Shown here in pieces: positions 56,244 to 64,000 of a stretch of 64,000 nucleotides of DNA. Under the pieces are notes generated by a model. It was not told where the DNA came from. It searched no databases and worked only from the letters and a program-made list of their open reading frames with translations. Position 1 is the stretch's first letter; each line of letters begins with the position of its first letter. The position numbers and the translations under genes were made by a program. Source of the stretch: an uncultured Chloroflexia bacterium (lineage in GTDB: Bacteria > Chloroflexota > Limnocylindria > Limnocylindrales > CSP1-4); assembly GCA_963833225.1 (NCBI GenBank), contig CAWHXD010000019.1, positions 864,001 through 928,000 of the forward strand. Reading direction: 5' to 3'.

Positions 56244-56876
56244 TCACGCTTCCTCGGTGATCACGCCTCGCGCCGAGCGGGCCGGGGCGACCTCGTGATG
56301 GCGCAGGCAGCGCGCCTCGTACGTCTCGACCGCGGGGCCGTCGAAGCCGCCGATCACGATCAGCGGGTCGTCGATGGCGGCGGGCCGGCCGCCGACCAGG
56401 CGCTGGGTGCGTGTCGCCGTCTCGCCGCACACGACGCAGATCGCCGAGAGCATCGTGATCTCGTCCGACATGGCGAGCAGCGCCGGCATGGCGCCGAACG
56501 GGCGTCCGGCGAAGTCCGTGTTGAGGCCGCTGGCGATCACGTGGCGGCCCGACTGGCGCAGCATGTCCGCGACCTGCGCGACCGACTCGTCGAAGAACTG
56601 GGCCTCCTCGATGCCCACGAGGTCCACATCACGCTCGCGCGCGAGCGAGAGGATCTCGACGGGCTTGCCCTTGGGGACCAGCACGGACGGGTAGCGGGCC
56701 TTGCTCCGGCTCTCCGCGTAGTCGCTGGGCGTCCGGTCATCCACGTCCGGGCGGACGAGCAGGATCCGGCGCTTGGCGATCTCCGCCCGGCGGAGCAGGC
56801 GCAGCAGCTCGTCGGTCTTGCCCGACGACATGCAGCCGGCGATGACGTGGAGCCAAGGATCGGCGCGGTAGAGCAC
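56244..56876 (-). CDS. tdk: Thymidine kinase
   Basis: GCMSSGKT, IEEAQFF, GLNTDFAGRPF, CVVCG..TQR, YEARCLRH. Confidence 0.93.
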   Translation of the reverse strand: MLYRADPWLHVIAGCMSSGKTDELLRLLRRAEIAKRRILLVRPDVDDRTPSDYAESRSKARYPSVLVPKGKPVEILSLARERDVDLVGIEEAQFFDESVAQVADMLRQSGRHVIASGLNTDFAGRPFGAMPALLAMSDEITMLSAICVVCGETATRTQRLVGGRPAAIDDPLIVIGGFDGPAVETYEARCLRHHEVAPARSARGVITEEA

Positions 56877-56984
56877 GGTCCGAATCTACCGGCTCGGGGC
56901 CTCTTTCCGCTGGCACCTTCACCGCCCGGAGCCACCCGCGACCCGAGCCGCCCATGCGGCGTGCCGGGCGTAGGCTTGCGCGCG

Positions 56985-57918
56985 ATGCACGCGATCGACG
57001 TCGAGGAGCTGGCAAAGCACTACGGGCCGGTGCGCGCCCTCGACGGGGTGACGCTCGAGGTCCGGCCCGGCGAGATCTTCGGCTTCCTCGGCCCCAACGG
57101 CGCGGGGAAGTCGACCCTGATCCGGCTGCTGCTGGGCTTCATCCACCCGACGGCGGGGCGGGGGAGCGTGCTGGGGCTCGACATCGTGGGGGATTCGGTC
57201 GCGATCCGGGGCCGGATCGGCTACCTGCCGGGCGGGATCGCGCTCGACGACAACCTCACCGGCGAGCGCCACCTCGACGATCTCGCCGCGCTCTCCGGTC
57301 GCCCACCGGTCCGCCGGGCGGCCATCTGCGATGCCCTGGAGCTGTCCGCCGCGATCCTGCGCCGCCCGATCCGCGACTACTCGCGCGGGATGCGCCAGAA
57401 GATCGGGATCGTGCAGGCGCTCCAGCATGACCCGGAGCTCGCCATCCTCGATGAGCCGTCCGAGGGCCTGGATCCCTTGATGCAGCGGGCCTTCTACGAG
57501 GTGCTCGAGGCGGCGCGAGCCGCGGGGCGGACGGTGTTCTTCTCGTCGCACGTGCTGTCCGAGGTGGAGCGCGTCTGCGACCGGGTCGCCATCGTCCGCG
57601 CCGGCCGCCTCGTCCTCAGCGGTGACGTCGCGACCCTTCGGGCCCAGCGGCGACGCCGGGTGGAGCTGCGGTTCGACGGTCCGGCACCGGAGCTGGGCGG
57701 CGTGGCAGGGGTCAGCGACGTGGACGTCGACCACGTCGGCGGCTTCCTCACCTGCGCCCTCGCCGGTGATCCGCGGGCGTTCCTCGACGCGATCCGCAGC
57801 GCGGCGGTCAGCGACCTCTCGATCGAGCCGGCGCGGCTCGAGGACGCGTTCCTCGAGCTCTACGCGGGCGAGGCGGCTGCCGAAGCCTCAGCCATCGCTC
57901 GGGGTCGACGGCCGATGA
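56985..57918 (+). CDS. ABC transporter ATP-binding protein (3' end uncertain; reads through into the permease)
   Basis: GPNGAGKST, YSRGMRQK, ILDEPSEGLD, SSH, LEDAFL; start MHAID. Confidence 0.9.
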
Positions 57919-58746
57919 ACGCCGGCCCGAAGCGCGCCATCCTGAGCGTGCCGCTGATGCGCCGGACCTGGCGGGCGCAGCGTTCCCGGGTCGCGCTGGT
58001 CTGCGTCGGGCTCGCGATCTGGGCGTTCCTGATGCCCGTGATCTACGCGACGTTCGGTCGACAGCTCGCGGTCCTGCTCGACACCGGGATCATCCCCAAG
58101 CCATTCCTGCGCCTCCTTGGCGCCGACCCGTTCAGCCTCACGGGCGCCGTCGCCCTCGGGTGGATCCACCCCATCGGCATCGGGCTGTTCGTGCTGTTCC
58201 CGATCGGTCTGGGCGCGGCGATGATCGCCGGGGAGCGGCAGCGGGGAACGCTCGAGATCCTGCTGTCGCGGCCGCTCTCCCGCCGGGCGCTGTTCGTCAC
58301 CCACCTGGTGACGCTGGCGTTGATCTCCGCGCTGGTCGTGGCGGCTGCGCTCGCCGGGACGCTGGCCGGGTCCGCCGCGTACGGGGTGGTCGACGGGCTT
58401 CCCGTCGCGAACCTCGTGTTCCTCGCGCGTCAACACGTGGCTGTTCCTCGTGGCGCTGGCGGCCGTTGCCCTTGCCGCATCGGCCTCCTTCGACCGGCTC
58501 GCGACGCCGGTGGGCATCGGGTTCGCGGTGCTCCTGATCGGGTACCTGCTCGAGGCCCTGGGCACCCTCTGGCCCGACGCCGCGTTCCTCCAGCCGTGGA
58601 CCCCGTTCCACTACCTGCGCCCGCTCGAGATCCTCGGCGGGACCGGCACGGTCGGCGACCTGCTCGTGCTGGCCGGGCTCGCGGTGGCGGCGACCGCGTA
58701 CGGCCTGTGGCGATTCCCGCGGCGGGACCTGGCGGCGCCGAGCTGA
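57915..58746 (+). CDS. ABC-2 type permease (frameshift near 58427)
   Basis: TM segments, AGERQRGTLEILLSRPLSR, continued in ORF 58450..58746 with TPFHY..FPRRDL. Confidence 0.85.
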
Positions 58747-59079
58747 GGGTCCGCGGCATCGCCCGCCTGCCGGTCTCGCCCGCTCCGCCCTCACCGGCCC
58801 CTGCGTCGTCGGCCCGTGGTCACCCGCTCGCCGATGGCGCGCTGCGCGGAGCTCTGCGCCAGATATCACCGCCTGCTGCGATAGCGACGGGCCTGCGGGC
58901 CGGGAGTGCGCCTTGCATCAGCTGGGCGTGATGTGGCGTGCGCCGAACCCGCACGGCACCCGTCCCTCCAGTGGTGGTGGCCGATATCCGGTGCAAACGC
59001 CCCTGCGAGTCACGCGGCGTCGAGTCGCCCATCGGCCCGGGCCGCCTATCGACCCGGCCAGCGCGACCTGCCTGACCCG

Positions 59080-59532
59080 TCAGGGGCAACTGCCCGAACA
59101 CCAGCCCGGAAGCGGCGCGCGGTACCCGATCAGCACCGGGACGAGGTCGGAGCCGACCTGCGCGATGTGAAGGCCGGCGTGCTTGTCCGTGCCAGCGAAT
59201 GCGATCTCGACGTTGGCGACCCAGGTCCCGCCGTCGGGCGGCTGCGGATACGGGAAGTTCTGTGCCGGATCGAACAGGCATTCCTCGATCGGGCAGAAGA
59301 AGCCGCTGTTGACCCAGACGTGGGTCGGCGTCCAGCCCGTCACGGCAACGGCCGCCAGGGCGACCCTCTCGGATTCGTCGCACGTCGCCTGGGCCACTCC
59401 ACCCAAGCACGAACTCGTCATCGTGGCGGCTGTCTGGGCTGTCGCCTGCGTCTCGACACCGCTCGGGACCCCGTCGGTGCCGCAAGCGGCCACCATCAGG
59501 AGCAGCCCGACCAGCACCAATCGCCACATCAT
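59080..59532 (-). CDS. Hypothetical Cys-rich lipoprotein
   Basis: Lipobox VAAC plus six further cysteines; protein-like composition. Confidence 0.7.
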   Translation of the reverse strand: MMWRLVLVGLLLMVAACGTDGVPSGVETQATAQTAATMTSSCLGGVAQATCDESERVALAAVAVTGWTPTHVWVNSGFFCPIEECLFDPAQNFPYPQPPDGGTWVANVEIAFAGTDKHAGLHIAQVGSDLVPVLIGYRAPLPGWCSGSCP

Positions 59533-59745
59533 CCGGCTACCCCCAGCCGCTGCGGGTCACAGACACCCGTCGCGAGCATCGGCTCATTCCGGGTGGTCGT
59601 CAAGGGTCGGGCTGCGACCGGCCCGCTCTGGCCGCCGTGCCTGTCTCGCCCTTCGCCGCAGGCGAGCGGATGGCACGGTCCGTCCATGACGCGATCGCGG
59701 CTACGCCGCCACGCGGGGTAACGCCGGGAGCGCCATCATGGCGCC

Positions 59746-60693
59746 ATGACGACCGCGACCTCGCCCATCGCCATCGGACTCAGCCTGCCCACCTGGCCGC
59801 GGGCCGACCGGACGTACGCCACCTGGCCGGAGATCCGCTCGCTGGCGCTCGAGGCCGAGGCGATGGGCGTCGACACCCTCTGGGTCGCCGACCACCTCCA
59901 GCGCGACCTGGCGTCCGGGGAGCGGATCGGGTTCTGGGAGTGCTGGACGATCGTCACCGCGCTGGCCGAGGCGACGACGAGGGTGGAGATCGGGCCGCAC
60001 GTGGCCTGCACGGGGTTCCGCAACCCGGGGCTGCTGGCGCGGATGGCCGCCACGCTCGATGAGGTCAGTGGTGGGCGATTGATCCTGGGGCTCGGCAGTG
60101 GCGTGCCGGCGACCGACGCCAGCTGGCGCACGTTCGGCTACGACCAGGACCGGCCCGTGACCCGGTATGCGGAGGCGGTCGAGGTGATCGCCCGGCTGTT
60201 CCGTGAGCCGACCGTCACGTTCACGGGCGAGAAGGTGCGCGCGGATGACGCCCAGCTCCTGCCGCGGTCCCGACACCGTGCCGCGCCGCCGATCTGGGTC
60301 GCCGCCAAGGGCGATCGGACGAGCCGCATTGCCGCCCAGTGGGGCGACGCGATCAACGTCAACGTGCCCCTGTCCGACGCCGCCGGCATGGAGGCGCTCG
60401 TCTCGACGGTGCGACGCGCCTGCGATGCGGTGGGGCGCGAGCCGGCAACGCTCGTCGATGACGGGCTGGGCGCGCGTGGTGCTCGATCCCGAGGGCAACG
60501 GGATTGTTCGGCCGGGTGCCTCACCGGCTCGCCGGGGGAGATGGCGACGGTGGTCCGTGGGTTCGGGGCTGCGGGCCTGCGGCACCTGACCCTGTCCTTG
60601 GGTACGCCCGACGATCCGAGCCGGACGCCGGCGCTGACGCCTGACGCGCTCGGCCGGCTGGGGCCGCTGGCCGACGCGGTGCGGGCCGTCTGA
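59746..60693 (+). CDS. LLM-class flavin-dependent oxidoreductase (probable compensating frameshifts near 60455-60510)
   Basis: LWVADH, ECWT..ALAEAT, FRNPGLLARMAATLDEVSGGRLILGLG, PPIWVAA. Confidence 0.88.
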   Translation: MTTATSPIAIGLSLPTWPRADRTYATWPEIRSLALEAEAMGVDTLWVADHLQRDLASGERIGFWECWTIVTALAEATTRVEIGPHVACTGFRNPGLLARMAATLDEVSGGRLILGLGSGVPATDASWRTFGYDQDRPVTRYAEAVEVIARLFREPTVTFTGEKVRADDAQLLPRSRHRAAPPIWVAAKGDRTSRIAAQWGDAINVNVPLSDAAGMEALVSTVRRACDAVGREPATLVDDGLGARGARSRGQRDCSAGCLTGSPGEMATVVRGFGAAGLRHLTLSLGTPDDPSRTPALTPDALGRLGPLADAVRAV

Positions 60694-60782
60694 CTGGCGT
60701 CGCCCGATCGGTGCGGGGGGCCAGCGCGCGGTCGCGCGTTTGCATATGCTCCGCTCCACGATCGCGAGCCAAGGAGAGGTTG

Positions 60783-61406
60783 ATGGCCGGGTTCACCCCG
60801 TTCACGAACAACTACTCGGACCTGTCGGACGAGAACGGCTACCAGTTCGAGTTCAAGTGCGACATCTGCGGATCCGGCTACCGGAGCGAGTTCATTCGCT
60901 CGAACCTGGGCACCGTCGGCAACCTCCTGAGCGGTGCGAGCAGCCTGGTCGGTGGCCTGTTCGGCAGCGCGGCGAACGCCGCGGACCGGATCAAGGACGT
61001 CACCGATCGCGGCGCTCGCGACGAGGCGCTCCAGAAGGCCAGCAACGAGATCATGGGCCTGTTCACGCGGTGCCCGCGCAGCAACGACTGGGTCGATGAG
61101 ACGTGCTGGAACCAGGCACGCGGGCTGTGCGTGTCGTGCGCACCGAACCTTGCCGCCGAGTTGGAGGCTGAGCGCGCTTCGGCCGAACTCTCCCAGATGC
61201 GCCAGGCGATGCAGCACGAGACCGTGTTCTCGGGCGACACGTCGGCGCGGCAGACCGTGTGCACCACGTGCGGCAAGCCCGTCGGCTCAGAGAAGTTCTG
61301 CTCCAACTGCGGGACACCCACGGGCCAGAACAAGTGTGCCCAGTGCGGTGCGGAGGTGGCGGCCGGCACGCGCTTCTGCGGGAACTGCGGCGCGAAGACT
61401 TCGTAG
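60783..61406 (+). CDS. Multi zinc-ribbon (DZR) protein
   Basis: GGAG RBS; FEFKCDICG, CVSCAP, CTTCG, FCSNCG, CAQCG, FCGNCG. Confidence 0.88.
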   Translation: MAGFTPFTNNYSDLSDENGYQFEFKCDICGSGYRSEFIRSNLGTVGNLLSGASSLVGGLFGSAANAADRIKDVTDRGARDEALQKASNEIMGLFTRCPRSNDWVDETCWNQARGLCVSCAPNLAAELEAERASAELSQMRQAMQHETVFSGDTSARQTVCTTCGKPVGSEKFCSNCGTPTGQNKCAQCGAEVAAGTRFCGNCGAKTS

Positions 61407-61596
61407 GGCCCGGGGCCGGGGCCGGGGCCCGGGCCCTCGGCGCCCCTGCTCGGGCGCTCGGCGCCCCAGCGGTCGCGTGCAGTTGCGATTCGGGCGCCAG
61501 CCGCCGGGATCGTCGCGTGGGACCAGCCCGCGGTGAGACAGATGCTGCCGGCGGCGCCCACTTCGTCTCGTGACGCGCCGGTTCGGGCCCCAGGCG

Positions 61597-62710
61597 CCCG
61601 CCGCGCGTGTGGTGGTCCCGCCGCGCGTGTGGCGACCCGGCCACACCCATGCTTGTCGTGTCTGAAGCGATGAGCAGGAGGCGCGGCGCCGTGGTCAATG
61701 ATGACGTCCTCTATGGGTTCCGCCTGCGGCTGTTCAGCCTGGCGGCGGAGCTGGGCAACGTGCGGGCGGCCTGCCGGATCTTCGGGGTCCATCCCTCGAC
61801 CTACTACCGCTGGCGGGGTCTGGTCCTGCGCTCGGGGCTCGAGATGCTCCGACCGCGGGAGCGCCGGCCCCCCCGGATGCCAACCAGACGAGCCAGCTCA
61901 CCGAGCAGCGGGTGATCGCGTTCGCCCTGGGCCACGCAGGCGGGCCTCCGACGGATCAGCGCCACCCTCGCCCAGGCGCGCTGGGGCGGCATCGTCCTGA
62001 GCCCCAACGGCGTGTGGCGCGTCCTGCGCCGTCATGGCCTGTCCCGGCGGATCAGCCGCCTGTCGCTGGTGGCAGGGTATGCGGCACCGCCGAGCCCGAG
62101 CGGCCGACCCCGCTCGAGGCGCGCCATGTCGCGGTCGACCACCCGGGCGAGCTCGTGGGCTTCGACTGCTTCCACGTGGGCCGCCTCGCGGGCACGACCG
62201 GACGGGTGTGGCAGTACACCGCGATCGACCTTGCGAGCTCGTACGTCTGGGCGAGCTCGCCACGACGCCGCTCAACCCGAGCGCCCGGAAGACCTCGGCC
62301 CTGGCCCGGCGGGTGGCGGCCGACTCGCGACCGCCGGCTGGCACCTCGAGCGCGTGCTCACCGACAACGGCGAGCGAGTTCCGCAGCTAGGCGTTCGGGG
62401 ACACGGTCCGCGAGCTCGGGGCCACGCAGACCTTCATCCGGGCGGGGCGCCCCGCCACCAACGGCGCGGTCGAGCGGGTGCAGCGCACGATCCTCGAGGA
62501 GTGCTGGCGGCCATCGTTCGCCCGGAGCCTGGTGCCCAAGCTCACCGGGCTCACAAGAGATCTCGCGGGCTACCTGCGCTTCTACAACGAGGAGCGTGCC
62601 CACACCGGACGGCTGACCCGGGGTCGGACGCCGCTCGAGGCCTTGATCGGTGCCCGCAAGATGAGGCCACGATGACCGAGATGCGTCGCTACATCTCGGG
62701 GGACGTAGAC
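61597..62710 (+). mobile_element. IS481-family insertion sequence, degraded
   Basis: NVRAACRIFGVHPSTYYRW HTH, GELVGFDCFHVG, QYTAID, VLTDNG, TNGAVER..TILEE, YNEERAH; frameshifts and an in-frame TAG near 62388; imperfect terminal IR (TGTGGCGAC vs TGTAGCGAC). Confidence 0.85.
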
Positions 62711-62768
62711 CGATGGCGACCCGGCACCCGACCGGTGGGGACCCGGCCACCAGACCGATGGCGACCGG

Positions 62769-63125
62769 CTACGAGGCCGGCGTCCCGCAGTCCAGGCAGA
62801 ACCGAGCGTCCGGGGCGTGGACGCTGCCGCAGGCCTCGCAGGCCCGCCCCGAGGCCGCGGGTGCCTCGGACCCGAGGGGGTGAGCCGCGGGCGTTGCCAC
62901 CGAGGGCGCAGGCTCCGCCGGGCCGTTCGCCGCCTTGACGGCCGCCGCACCCACGCGCTTACCGCATCTCGGACACGCAACCCAGGCAGGGTCATCGAGC
63001 GGCGCCCGGCACGATGCGCAGCGCGGCGGCGCGAATGGATCAGGCGTTCCGCACGCTGGACAGGCCGTGACGTCACGATTGATGTAGGTCCCGCACCGCG
63101 GGCAGGGATGCTTGAACGTGGGCAC
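62769..63125 (-). CDS. Double zinc-ribbon protein
   Basis: Six CxxC pairs (CPRCG, CPACG, CASC, CPRCG, CEACG, FCLDCG); GGAG RBS. Confidence 0.85.
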   Translation of the reverse strand: MPTFKHPCPRCGTYINRDVTACPACGTPDPFAPPRCASCRAPLDDPAWVACPRCGKRVGAAAVKAANGPAEPAPSVATPAAHPLGSEAPAASGRACEACGSVHAPDARFCLDCGTPAS

Positions 63126-63136
63126 GGTGCTCTCCG

Positions 63137-64000
63137 TCAGTCGAGGCCCGCGGCCTCATCGATCTGGGCATCCTGGGCGGCCCGGCCGGGCCATTCCGCC
63201 GCCTCATCGCGGACGGCGCCATGCCAGGCGACGAGGTCGCGGAGGGCGGCCGACCAGCCGTCCGGGTCCCGGTGGACCAGCCTGGCGACGAATTCGAGCT
63301 CGGGCCGTGGCCAGCGTTGGCAGAGCGGCAAGGGCCAGCCGGTACCGCAGGAACTCTGGTTCCGCGAGTCGCCCGGCGGGGAGGGCGATCGGCTCGCGCA
63401 GGAAGCGGGCGTCGATGAGCGCCTCGGAGATGTCCGCCACGGCCGTCTCGAGGGCACCGCTCGGGAGCGTCCCGCTGAACGTGGCGCGCGGCATCACGCG
63501 GAACACATACGTCGCGTGGGCCCCCTCGCTCACAACTTCCATCGCGACCAGGTTGCCGGGCAGCCCGACAAGGAACCAGAGCCTGGGGGTGTCCGGCACG
63601 CTTGGCCGTTCGGGAGCCGCGGCGAGCCAGCGCGGTGCGGCATCGCCCCCGGCAAGCTCCCGCAAGGCAGCATACGACTGGTTGAACGGCGGGTGGCCCA
63701 GGACGGCCCTCTCCAGGGGTGCCCAGGGCTCGCCCAGGGTCGCCGGCGAGGCCGGGCGTCCGTCGACCAGCGCGGCCGCGCCCATGGCACGCGTTGCATA
63801 CGGGGCGTCAGGGATGAGGGCGCCGACGATCGCCGCCGCGTCCGACGCAGCGCCCTCGCGGAGCGCGGTCCAGCGCTGTGCTGGTGGACGGCCAGCGCCC
63901 CCATGCGGAGGAGTCGCAGCGCCGGTCCGCCGGCCGGGTCAAGGGGCAGCGAGCGGCCGGCGCTGTCGATCCGGATCCCGCCCACGGCCGCGTCCAGCGC
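63137..64000 (-). CDS. Hypothetical protein, 5'-truncated and frameshifted
   Basis: Protein-like segments WFLVGLPGNLVAMEVVSEGAHATYVFR, FLREPIAL, FVARLVHRD..WSAAL across frames. Confidence 0.55.

Noticed and set aside
2132-58430. Programmed ribosomal frameshifting in cofC, cofD, mscL and others
   Set aside because: No shared slippery heptamer, and these families are not known to be recoded; sequencing error is simpler
55578-58931. 1117-aa ORF as a novel ATPase-permease fusion
   Set aside because: N-terminal 470 aa are antisense to tdk/NUDIX; an ATGA at 57915 suggests the usual stop/start overlap with an indel, so a true fusion is unsupported

Overview
A very GC-rich (roughly 70-75% by eye) bacterial chromosomal segment, mostly housekeeping and accessory metabolism, with no rRNA, tRNA or CRISPR array. 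Gene content (F420 biosynthesis cofC/cofD/cofE with several LLM/PPOX F420 enzymes, homodimeric aceE, SCO1664/DUF3090 pair, TM0106 nuclease-helicase, class A PBP, mtnP, pncA, tdk, mscL) points to a monoderm lineage such as Chloroflexota or Actinomycetota; this is inference only. More than ten otherwise intact genes carry single-base frameshifts, most likely long-read assembly errors, so many ORF-track entries are fragments or chimeras; gene models below were rebuilt by reading across frames. The most interesting signals are outside the obvious CDSs: (1) a 179-nt rod-shaped RNA (6S-like) with a clean sigma70 promoter and four DnaA-box-like motifs upstream; (2) a 62-aa zinc-ribbon gene with a LexA-type box inside its promoter and a three-way-junction RNA leader; (3) an XRE-HTH/PD-(D/E)XK-like fusion gene flanked by tandem repeats and a helically phased CGCCC(A/G)GCG array that recurs without the gene 19 kb away; (4) a TamR/PecS-type MarR with altered ligand residues and four operators facing a small unannotated gene; (5) shared SigK-type promoters and widespread leaderless gene starts. 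A degraded IS481-family element lies near the right end.
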